Positions 50,103 to 58,898 of a stretch of DNA of 64,000 nt are shown here, in pieces. This stretch comes from a virus. The notes under the pieces were generated by a model, which saw only the letters and a list, made by a program, of their open reading frames with translations, ran no database searches and was not told where the DNA came from. The stretch lies in the IMG/VR virus record IMGVR_UViG_3300032116_000031, positions 32,001 through 96,000 of that record. One strand, 5' to 3'. Within the stretch, counting starts at the first letter, position 1. Each line of letters opens with the position of its first letter. A program made the translations under genes and the position numbers.

Positions 50103-51141
50103 TCTCGATTATTTCTAAGTTTTCAGAATTATGAACAGCCAACACATTTTTGAAATACTCCACAATGGATTCTTTATTCTCCTTCTTATACTTATCAAAA
50201 TCATCACTGTTAATAAAACCATGTGGAGTTATCAATAAACTACCTTCACTGTTAATCCCAGTAAAATGATTTTTTAACATTCGTAGTCTTGTTTCTTTAG
50301 CTAATACTACTGTCTGACCATTGATAGTGTAGGACTTAGTTTTTAATGCCGCTTCTAATTTACCACCGCAATAAATCTTAACACCCATATCATAAGCAAA
50401 AGCTAAGCCACCTGTTTCCGTTGGATTAATAGAACCACTTCCTTGACTTAACCTCAAGATAGATACAAAAGTAATAGAACGCTTGTATTTTTTATATCTT
50501 GAATTAGTAACCATTGGCTCAATGAAACCAGAGAAATAATTCTTATGCACCTTAGCGTTGTGCATAGGTAAATCCATATTATCCTCTTCGATTTTATTCA
50601 TAGCAGCCTCACACTTCAATTTATTAATACTATCAACAAAGAAACATACATCGTAAGGGAAATTCTTTTTTTCATCTAATACATCATTACAGATACTAAT
50701 AATGTATTTATACATTTCCTCTAGGTTTTCAAAGCCGTCCTTAAAAAGGAAAAAGCCTTGGTCCCAAATCTTTATTAGCTCACCTGTTTCCTCATCTACT
50801 TCTTCTCTGTAATCACAATCCATACCCATAAACTTAGCATGATGAAAAGAAAACTTTCCTTCAGTAGAAATAATAACAGGTAGAATTTTTTTACGCTGAC
50901 ATTCAATAACACCTTCTAATAACAATGTTGTTTTACCTGTATCAGAATAACCAGAAATAGATATACAATTTGACATAGGAAATCCCTCGAAACCTAGTGC
51001 CTTTTTTACTGGATCTGAAAAATAAATGTAACTAAATGGTTTTTGTGGTTTAGGTTGGTTTTTCTCTGATCTTTTATACGTAGATAAAAAATCAAGAACC
51101 TCACCTTCTTTGGGTTCGATATTTGAATTTTTTTTAGCCAT
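50092..51141 (-). CDS. RecA/UvsX-like recombinase
   Basis: GYSDTGKTT Walker A, TEGKF, FFVDSI, GG.A..Y, KNH. Confidence 0.85.
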   Translation of the reverse strand: MAKKNSNIEPKEGEVLDFLSTYKRSEKNQPKPQKPFSYIYFSDPVKKALGFEGFPMSNCISISGYSDTGKTTLLLEGVIECQRKKILPVIISTEGKFSFHHAKFMGMDCDYREEVDEETGELIKIWDQGFFLFKDGFENLEEMYKYIISICNDVLDEKKNFPYDVCFFVDSINKLKCEAAMNKIEEDNMDLPMHNAKVHKNYFSGFIEPMVTNSRYKKYKRSITFVSILRLSQGSGSINPTETGGLAFAYDMGVKIYCGGKLEAALKTKSYTINGQTVVLAKETRLRMLKNHFTGINSEGSLLITPHGFINSDDFDKYKKENKESIVEYFKNVLAVHNSENLEIIENEE

Positions 51142-51156
51142 AACTTAAAATTTAAG

Positions 51157-51195
51157 AAAAAAATGGGGGCAAAACAATTAAGTTGTTTGCCCCCG
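51157..51195 (-). terminator. Intrinsic terminator downstream of the putative SSB
   Basis: GGGGGCAAAACAA-TTAAG-TTGTTTGCCCCC hairpin with a minus-strand T-tract. Confidence 0.75.
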
Positions 51196-51221
51196 AAAAT
51201 AAGTAAAAGTAGTGATTTTAA

Positions 51222-52232
51222 TTAAAATGGAAGTTCGGAATCATCTGATTCGTATCCATCATCTTCATATAAAGAATCCTCAATCGCACTTGAAGTAGCA
51301 GCGGCGGTTACAATTGGAGAAGTAACCTGTTGACCGAGGTTCAAATCATCTAATTCAGACCCAATTTTGGAATAACGATACTTTACTGTACCATCTTGAT
51401 TGGTTCCGTTTGGAACAAGCTCATACCCCAATTCTTTGATTTTTTCTAAAAACAAATCGTTAATAGCCGAAATCAAATACTGTGTGATGAACTTTTCATA
51501 AAAGTTATCCATGCTAACACGAAGAATGTCATTGGAACCTTTATGCTCTTCCAAAATTGAAAGATACTTTTCATTCCAACTGTCGTGCTTAACATAAGAA
51601 TTGTCGGTAGGATTACCGAAACGGTCGCGAATCACATTATCTCCTTGCTTAAGGAAGACGTTGTAGATTTTTTTACCTTTAATTACGATAGGAGTTTTGT
51701 AGTTAGATTCTTTACTTCTAGCTGGAATAACACTAATTGAAACCATCTCATTAGATGATTTATCAATGTTACTCAACTTTGAAATCATCTCTTTACCTTT
51801 CAAAGAAAAAGCTGTTTTTACAATGTAAGTTGCTCCAACTACTTTTCCATTTTTAGGATTGTTTGGATCCTCTGATTCAAATGGATTGTGGTAAGTAGCA
51901 TTTGGATCAAAAAGAACGATTTGAATCTTCTTAGAAGGCTTATTGTTAATAGTTTCCTGAATAACAGAAACCGATTTCAAATAGCCGCTAACAGATGTGT
52001 CATTTGGAATATTGTAATATTCCTTTCCGCCAGTCATGTTCATAATTCGGCTGTTACGCTTCATCTCATCATCAAGAAGAAGAACACACCGAAAATGAAC
52101 AGTGTCATTAACACCTTTTACATAATCTTTATCTTCTGAAGATAAAGTATTGCTGAAAAGGTTTAGTACAAAAGTTTGGTACCCTACAAATGGATTTTGT
52201 GAACTGTTTTGTTTTTGCTGATTTCCTAACAT
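51222..52232 (-). CDS. Putative single-stranded DNA-binding protein
   Basis: Acidic tail ending DDSELPF; first gene of the recA/exo/dnaB operon; fold not recognised. Confidence 0.5.
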   Translation of the reverse strand: MLGNQQKQNSSQNPFVGYQTFVLNLFSNTLSSEDKDYVKGVNDTVHFRCVLLLDDEMKRNSRIMNMTGGKEYYNIPNDTSVSGYLKSVSVIQETINNKPSKKIQIVLFDPNATYHNPFESEDPNNPKNGKVVGATYIVKTAFSLKGKEMISKLSNIDKSSNEMVSISVIPARSKESNYKTPIVIKGKKIYNVFLKQGDNVIRDRFGNPTDNSYVKHDSWNEKYLSILEEHKGSNDILRVSMDNFYEKFITQYLISAINDLFLEKIKELGYELVPNGTNQDGTVKYRYSKIGSELDDLNLGQQVTSPIVTAAATSSAIEDSLYEDDGYESDDSELPF

Positions 52233-52279
52233 AGTAACTTAAAATTTTTGTTTGTGTATAATGTGTTGTAATTATGATG

Positions 52280-52311
52280 CAAAGATAAGGTATTTCTTTC
52301 GAATAATCAAA
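52280..52311 (-). promoter_or_regulatory. Bacteroidota sigma-A promoter of the replication operon
   Basis: Minus strand TTTG-20 nt-TATCTTTG. Confidence 0.7.
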
Positions 52312-52330
52312 ATATTTTTTCGACTTTTTT

Positions 52331-52990
52331 TTAAAAACTTTTTCTAACGGTATTTTCGTTATAGTCTTTCATAACATCAGACTGCTTTAAAACGTATTCT
52401 TGATCCTTTTGTTCAGCGTTTTCAGAAGAATTTTCATTATTATTTAATCCAGCGTTAGCAATGGCATACTTGTTTTTATCTTCTTGAGAAGGAACCCAAT
52501 AATCAGTTAATTTAACATTATAAGGGAAGCTACTCAAAGAACGCATTTGCAATTGTTCAATTGGTGTAGGGACTCTTTTCTCCAATTCAGAATTAACCTT
52601 AGAAATAGTTTCTTTAGTTTTAGTTTCAAGATTCTCAATTCTATCACCCAAGTCTTTTTTTAGGGAATCGTTGTTGGTGATTAATGTATCAATTTTAGAC
52701 AATAAGTCCTGAACTGTTTTATTGATTTCATCTTGCTTTAATACTAAACCTGTTACATCAACTTGAACAGTATTATCGTCTGGTTTAACTTCAACAGGAG
52801 GCATACCATCGGCGTTAGCATCAGATGCAAGAGAATCTTGTTTTTCTTCTCCTTCTTTTTCTTCACCTCCTTCACCTTCTGCTCCAGCAGGATTTAACCC
52901 TAAGATGTCATCTATTTCATCTTCTTTTAGGAGTTCTTTTGGTCCTCTGCCATAATAATTGTAATTGCTGATATAATCAAATCTATTCAT
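52331..52990 (-). CDS. Acidic coiled-coil protein (possible head/scaffold-associated)
   Basis: 219 aa; coiled coil followed by PTP.E.L.MRSL.S.PY. Confidence 0.45.
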   Translation of the reverse strand: MNRFDYISNYNYYGRGPKELLKEDEIDDILGLNPAGAEGEGGEEKEGEEKQDSLASDANADGMPPVEVKPDDNTVQVDVTGLVLKQDEINKTVQDLLSKIDTLITNNDSLKKDLGDRIENLETKTKETISKVNSELEKRVPTPIEQLQMRSLSSFPYNVKLTDYWVPSQEDKNKYAIANAGLNNNENSSENAEQKDQEYVLKQSDVMKDYNENTVRKSF

Positions 52991-52998
52991 GGTTATAA

Positions 52999-53169
52999 TT
53001 AGTCGTTTAATAATTGTCTGCCGTCTTCAACTAAAATTGTCTTTTCTACAACTTCAACTAAGCCGTCATTTTTTTTATATACTTTTTTCTTTTTTGCATT
53101 AACATTCTTTTGTTCATCTTCTTTGAAGATGTCAGGATTATTCAAATACTTACTTAAAAAATTTTTCAT
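52999..53169 (-). CDS. Small hypothetical protein (56 aa)
   Basis: Translated by hand: MKNFLSKYLNNPDIFKEDEQKNVNAKKKKVYKKNDGLVEVVEKTILVEDGRQLLND; preceded by TATTTATA. Confidence 0.6.
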   Translation of the reverse strand: MKNFLSKYLNNPDIFKEDEQKNVNAKKKKVYKKNDGLVEVVEKTILVEDGRQLLND

Positions 53170-53202
53170 AATATGATATTTTATTATAAATATGTTAAAA
53201 AT

Positions 53203-56200
53203 TTAATTATTTGCAACAATGTTTCTTAATTTATCTAAGAAAGGATAAAATGCAATAGGTACAAATCCGCTATCAGGTTCCTGTTTTACTCTACTTGAAA
53301 CTAGATTATAAAATTGATTATTATAAAATATTCCAACGTGTGTAACAACAGAAAAATCAAAATTACTGTTCATAGGTGATCTATTATTTGTTCTCATTAT
53401 ATTTTTCCTAGAAGTTCTATTAGGGAAATTAACAGGATCATTCATTTGATTATAAGCCTTTGTTTTAAAGCTTGATCCTTGTGAGTAACCAAATAAAAGA
53501 CTTCCATTTGGAATCCCTTTTGCTACAAGGTCGCTATTAGACCAATTATTTAATTTATCATTAGCTGTAAAATAACCCATTCTACCGTCTTCTGGTAATC
53601 CCATGAACCAATTCCAAGCATCTCCTATCTTATCAACAGCACCTATCCTAACTACTCCTAATTGTTCTAATGCGGTTCTTGCCCAAGTAGCACAAACATT
53701 ATTTCCTAAACCAAAAGTAGAGACGTTATTACTGGTAAATAAATTGCTTAATTCTGTGTTAAGGACCGCAGTGTTAACACTTGTAGAAACGCTAAATTTA
53801 GCCACAGCACCTCTATATTCTATTGTAAATAATGTATTCTGACTATTTAAAGCAGTATTCGCACTACCAGCACCAGTTTGTTGAATTTCTCTAAGTATTG
53901 TAGAATCGATATTTTTACTGTTAGTATTAACTGTGCCTCTATCTTCACCGTTAGAAAAGTCGCTTTCATTTGATAAAGGTACTGTTAATTCACTTGAGCT
54001 TATGGAATTAGATAATTCTAAATTTAAGAAGGTAGTCATCTTATCTATAATTGGATAAGTGAACTTAGAAATTCTCATTCCACTAAAAGTAGTTGTCATA
54101 TTATTAGGCGTAATTTCGTGTTTAACGCTAGTAATCATATGCGCTCCATGGAACAATGGTACATTATCTAATTGAAAATATTGTGTAGGTAAAATTTGAG
54201 TATTACCTAAACATTCAACAGTAGTGGAATAACTTCTAACAGCATAAACATTATATAAATCCATACCTGTATAAAGACGTTTTGTTGCGCCTTTACCACC
54301 AGCAAGTTCATTCAATATTAAAATAGATTCAGCTGTTTCACGATGTTCTTGTTGGCTTACTTCTATCCTCTTAAATATATTTTGATTTTGGTCGGCATAA
54401 GCAACCCTAAAAACACTTAAATTATATTTAGCTAAGTAATCCTTTAAATCTGCTCCAGTTAATTGAGTTTGACTTATATTTCTATTTAGAATTGATTTAG
54501 GTAAATTAGTATCTATTATTGCATTGGCATTAAAATCAAAACTGTCATTGAAATAACCTACCCTATTGTTTAAATCCAAAACTTTACTATTACCTGCAAC
54601 ATATTGAAAAACGAAACACGAACCACCAGTCGGTTTATCATCCGAAAAATTAACATTTTCATTTAAGGTGGTAAAAGGTTTAAACATCTCCATAACATCT
54701 TGCTTATCGTAATAATTCACGAAGCTAGGAATATTATAGATATTAAAATTGTTGTCCTTTAAAACCCTTGACATTAAGAAATAGATGTTACCATCTGTTT
54801 GATTAGCATAAATCAACAGGGGTTTTGGATTAAGAACAGCTTTATCTCCAATATAAGACCAAGTTCTATCAATAAAGTAACAATGATCGATAAGTTTCTT
54901 TTTAGTGTCGGTGTTTCCATTTACGAAATAATTGGCAAAATTATAAATTTTGCCGTCCACCGTACTATAAGACAACCATTTATCATAGATATTTTTTAAG
55001 TGCTCATAAATCTGAATTTTAATATTTTTATCGGTAATTATATTATTAATTTCATCTTGTCTTATTCTTTGTTTTTCAGTTAGTTTTGTATTAATAAATT
55101 TTTTAGCAGCATTGATAAAACCAGAAAGATATTTACTTATAACATTAGAATTAGGTTCTATGATAGGCTGTTTGAATAATTCCCTAGGAGAAATTATAGC
55201 AACTTCTTTATAGGCTTTAATTCTATTTAATATAGTATCAAAAGCTGTTTCATATTCACCTATTGTGTTATCAGACTTTGGATCGAATGTCACATAATTA
55301 TAAACATAATTACTGAATCCACCTGCATTATACTCTTCTACAAATTTATCAAAGGCATCTACAAAAAATTTGAAACCCTCGTCTGATAACAAATTTTCAA
55401 ATTCACTTTTAGGTACCCAAGTTCTATTATATCGAGCATTATAATCTCCAACATTTGTATATTCTGGGTCAGATTTAATATCATCAACTAAAAAATTATA
55501 ACCTTGATAATGGATTTGATGTGAATGTTTTAATATCCCGCCTATATATGCAACATACAATTCAGTCATATTTAAAACGCAACTAAATTTATTAGCATAT
55601 TCCCTGAAATGATAATAATCTTTATAACCTATTGTTTCTAAAAATAGAAACGCCTTTGCATTAATGTTGTTTTTATCATAGTAAAATAAGTCAAAGATTT
55701 TAACAAATTGTTTATATTGAGTTATACTTCTACCGATTTTATACCTTGAGTTATTAGCTCTATCACCAGATACATTTCCAGATGTGGTATCAGCCCCAAC
55801 TATTCCAGCAGCGGTGCCATCTATAACATTCAGATTGTACATAGAACTAATAGAAGCAGCACTACCACTTGAAATATTTTTTAAATATTTGTTAAGATCA
55901 TCATTATTAAAAACATTTGTTAAATCAGCTGTTACGTTAAAGTAATTCTGATCAAAAATAAAATAGTCTGGATTTATTAAATTCCTAAAAATAAACGCTT
56001 GAATGGTTTTAGTATCAGCAAAATAAGTATTTAAAGCAGGTGACAAGGCCTTTGAAGTATAACTAGCTCTATCTCCTGCTAAGTACTGTAAGTTACTATT
56101 ATCAATAAACGATATAGGTGAAAAGACTAATCCAGTGTTATTATCATTAAATTGATAAGGGGCAATAGTTACATCGTCATTTGTAAAATTGTAAGCTAAA

Positions 56201-58269
56201 CCATTGTTAACAAATGTAGCAGGATCTAAAGTATTGATAAATTTTAATATCTTATCATTCTCTATTTGGTCTATAAAATAAGATGCTTCTATTTCAGAAT
56301 AACTTATAACATAATTTTCACCATTAAAAGGATCAAAAATACTGTAAGAATATAATATTCTCAAACGTTTCAATATTTCTTTATATAGTTCGCTTAGGGT
56401 TGCATCACCGTAATCAAAGTTTTGGCTTAAAGATAAACCATTTTCCCTATAATCAAGAATGTTTATAGGTATCCATTTATATATGGCCGTAGGACTAAAA
56501 GAATATGGGTTATCAGGTATATCAAATAACTCGTTTGAAGTTAAGCCTTTAATAATATCATTTACTATTTCCAATTCTGGAAAGTTAGGATTATTGTTTC
56601 CAACTACGTCACCTAACCATATTCTTTCTCCATTTGTATCAAATACAGCTGGGAATGGGTAAATTTTATTTTCTGATATAGGAATATCAGTTGAACCTCC
56701 TGATAAATTACTTTGAATAGAATAATAGTCTTTTAACCCTTGAATCCTAATATCGCCTATGCTTTCAGCCTTTCTACAAGTTTCATATAATATATTTAAA
56801 AATACATCAACGTTGCCGAAGATTATTTCAAATACATTATATACAGTTGGATTAAAGCCAATATCAGTTGTGAATGCCCCGTTAAGCTGATCTACTATTT
56901 TTTCTTCTAATTCTGTTTTTTTATTTTTTAGTAATTTCCTTTTTTCGTGCACATTATCTCTAACACTATAAAAAGAATAAAAGGAAACAGGTGTGAATGA
57001 ATCAAACTTGCTCTGTATGAATGTTATACTACTCTGATAATTAGATAGATAACTTGTGTTTTCATTTGAAATTATTTCTGTATCAATAATTTGAAGTAAA
57101 GCGTCGTTTACATCATTATAAGAAATAGATTTAGATAATGTAAAATTATTTAAAAAATAATTGTTTAAGTCAGGATATTTACCTTTGTTTAAATTAATTA
57201 AGCTATTATACTCGTTAATTAAGCTATTAACGTTATTTTGCATTTCATCTAAATTAGGAATTAGTTTATCCGAAAATAAACCTATATCTCTAAAAAAGTA
57301 ATATCCTTCTCCTGTTTTAAATTGTTCATAGTTTAAGTTTAACCCTGTTGGGTTTGTTATTAGTTTGGACGGCGAATTAATAATTTCTGTTATTTCATCT
57401 GCTTTTATCTGTAACGTATTAATAATAGTTAATTGAGAATAATCAGTATCCTTCTGTTTAAACTTTTCAGTATAATTAGCAATTTCAGTATATTTTATTA
57501 ATAATTCGGTTATTGATGATAACCCAATAGATCCATCTTTTTTTATGTAATTCTTTAAATAATCTTTACCTGCATTAGTGGCATTCAAAGCCATAACGTA
57601 TTTAGTAATAACATCAGATAAAAAGGAAAACTGATAACCTAAAAATTTACAATTAATAATGAAATCACTACTACCCTCATCAAACGAAGCTTTAAAATCA
57701 ATCATGTTTAAATAGTAAGTAGTAGGCCGCCCATAGTAACCCTTAACTGTTAATTCATAAATTGGATAAGGTAATCTAAAAAAAGAATTATATTTAGATA
57801 TATTTTCAACGCCTTCGCCATCGAAATACTCATAATTATTAAAAACAGCTGAACCCTTAACATCAACAAAATCAATTTCCACCTTTGGAGGTGTCATCAT
57901 AGCAGTTTCGATTGAAATTCGGGTAATACCTAATCCTTCATGAGTAGTTTCATTTAAACCTATGTTGGTATAATTGGTAGTTAAATAACCTGTTTTACCA
58001 TCAGCCTCATTCTCACTGGAAGTAGCAATAAAAGAAATAGAATCAGCTTCCCTACTCTTAGAAGAGTAAACATTATCAGAGGTAATAACACTCCTATTTT
58101 GAGGGAAAGATCTTAGTCTAACAAAGATAAACAAGTCTTCAGGGTTAACCAAAACATTGTCTGTTGGATTAGGATCAACAACGTAAGTGAAGAATGGAGT
58201 TTTGCCGTCAGGACCAGTTCCACTGTTTATAGTTCCTACATTGTAATTATAATTACTTAAATTAGCCAT
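53203..58269 (-). CDS. Large baseplate hub-like protein with C-terminal CHAP/NlpC-P60-like domain
   Basis: 1688 aa; VECLGN..I.PT.YF.L.NVP.F.G...I.SV.H.I (gp27/gpD-like hub end); CATWAR...THVGIF Cys/His pair. Confidence 0.6.
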   Translation of the reverse strand: MANLSNYNYNVGTINSGTGPDGKTPFFTYVVDPNPTDNVLVNPEDLFIFVRLRSFPQNRSVITSDNVYSSKSREADSISFIATSSENEADGKTGYLTTNYTNIGLNETTHEGLGITRISIETAMMTPPKVEIDFVDVKGSAVFNNYEYFDGEGVENISKYNSFFRLPYPIYELTVKGYYGRPTTYYLNMIDFKASFDEGSSDFIINCKFLGYQFSFLSDVITKYVMALNATNAGKDYLKNYIKKDGSIGLSSITELLIKYTEIANYTEKFKQKDTDYSQLTIINTLQIKADEITEIINSPSKLITNPTGLNLNYEQFKTGEGYYFFRDIGLFSDKLIPNLDEMQNNVNSLINEYNSLINLNKGKYPDLNNYFLNNFTLSKSISYNDVNDALLQIIDTEIISNENTSYLSNYQSSITFIQSKFDSFTPVSFYSFYSVRDNVHEKRKLLKNKKTELEEKIVDQLNGAFTTDIGFNPTVYNVFEIIFGNVDVFLNILYETCRKAESIGDIRIQGLKDYYSIQSNLSGGSTDIPISENKIYPFPAVFDTNGERIWLGDVVGNNNPNFPELEIVNDIIKGLTSNELFDIPDNPYSFSPTAIYKWIPINILDYRENGLSLSQNFDYGDATLSELYKEILKRLRILYSYSIFDPFNGENYVISYSEIEASYFIDQIENDKILKFINTLDPATFVNNGLAYNFTNDDVTIAPYQFNDNNTGLVFSPISFIDNSNLQYLAGDRASYTSKALSPALNTYFADTKTIQAFIFRNLINPDYFIFDQNYFNVTADLTNVFNNDDLNKYLKNISSGSAASISSMYNLNVIDGTAAGIVGADTTSGNVSGDRANNSRYKIGRSITQYKQFVKIFDLFYYDKNNINAKAFLFLETIGYKDYYHFREYANKFSCVLNMTELYVAYIGGILKHSHQIHYQGYNFLVDDIKSDPEYTNVGDYNARYNRTWVPKSEFENLLSDEGFKFFVDAFDKFVEEYNAGGFSNYVYNYVTFDPKSDNTIGEYETAFDTILNRIKAYKEVAIISPRELFKQPIIEPNSNVISKYLSGFINAAKKFINTKLTEKQRIRQDEINNIITDKNIKIQIYEHLKNIYDKWLSYSTVDGKIYNFANYFVNGNTDTKKKLIDHCYFIDRTWSYIGDKAVLNPKPLLIYANQTDGNIYFLMSRVLKDNNFNIYNIPSFVNYYDKQDVMEMFKPFTTLNENVNFSDDKPTGGSCFVFQYVAGNSKVLDLNNRVGYFNDSFDFNANAIIDTNLPKSILNRNISQTQLTGADLKDYLAKYNLSVFRVAYADQNQNIFKRIEVSQQEHRETAESILILNELAGGKGATKRLYTGMDLYNVYAVRSYSTTVECLGNTQILPTQYFQLDNVPLFHGAHMITSVKHEITPNNMTTTFSGMRISKFTYPIIDKMTTFLNLELSNSISSSELTVPLSNESDFSNGEDRGTVNTNSKNIDSTILREIQQTGAGSANTALNSQNTLFTIEYRGAVAKFSVSTSVNTAVLNTELSNLFTSNNVSTFGLGNNVCATWARTALEQLGVVRIGAVDKIGDAWNWFMGLPEDGRMGYFTANDKLNNWSNSDLVAKGIPNGSLLFGYSQGSSFKTKAYNQMNDPVNFPNRTSRKNIMRTNNRSPMNSNFDFSVVTHVGIFYNNQFYNLVSSRVKQEPDSGFVPIAFYPFLDKLRNIVANN

Positions 58270-58313
58270 TAATTTTATTTTCTTTAATTTGTAAATTACT
58301 GATAAACAGTGAA

Positions 58314-58380
58314 TTACAAGCGAAAAAATATGCTTTTAGCTTTTCGACACTGTTATATAATAATTTACTAAAAGCATATT
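58314..58380. repeat. Dispersed inverted-repeat element, copy 2
   Basis: 67 bp identical to 58504-58570; 13-bp IR AATATGCTTTTAG/CTAAAAGCATATT around a 28-nt spacer. Confidence 0.92.
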
Positions 58381-58503
58381 TGTCTTAGTTGTATATATAT
58401 TATATCTACCGCAAATAACAATAAAAACAAAATGGAAATTTTAACGCTTTATTTTCAATAAATATTATTTCTTGTTATTTGTATCTCATTGATTATTAGT
58501 TAT

Positions 58504-58588
58504 TTACAAGCGAAAAAATATGCTTTTAGCTTTTCGACACTGTTATATAATAATTTACTAAAAGCATATTAGTTTTCTATATATTATT
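58504..58588. repeat. Dispersed inverted-repeat element, copy 3
   Basis: Direct repeat of copy 2 at a 190-bp period; the right flank AGTTTTCTATATATTATT is shared with copy 1. Confidence 0.92.
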
Positions 58589-58895
58589 AATAATACAGCT
58601 TCAATTTTTCCACCTCGTTTATCCACCTTTGAAGCGCATCTTGATACGGAAAAGGAATAATTAAAAGAGTGCCATCGGGGATTTCATCTTCATTTTTGCA
58701 AATAGTAGCGTTAGCCATTAAAATAAGCCTTCCACCAAAGGGATTAGAATAGAACCGTTCAGAAACAGTATCCATCCTATCGCTTAGTTTATTCCACACA
58801 TAAGTTAAATCACTGTTTTTTTTTGGTAATTTAACAAAGGGTATATCAGATGTCTTCTCACCTACTTTGAAAGGTGTATAAAAATTATAATACAT
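58587..58895 (-). CDS. LysM/TailX/gp53-like baseplate protein
   Basis: DRMDTVS.RFY.NP..G.LI.MAN......IPDG..L.IP. Confidence 0.75.
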   Translation of the reverse strand: MYYNFYTPFKVGEKTSDIPFVKLPKKNSDLTYVWNKLSDRMDTVSERFYSNPFGGRLILMANATICKNEDEIPDGTLLIIPFPYQDALQRWINEVEKLKLYY

Positions 58896-58898
58896 ATT

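Noticed and set aside
58314-58570. CRISPR mini-array
   Set aside because: Only two 67-bp repeats with a 123-bp spacer; the sizes do not fit CRISPR and no cas genes are present.
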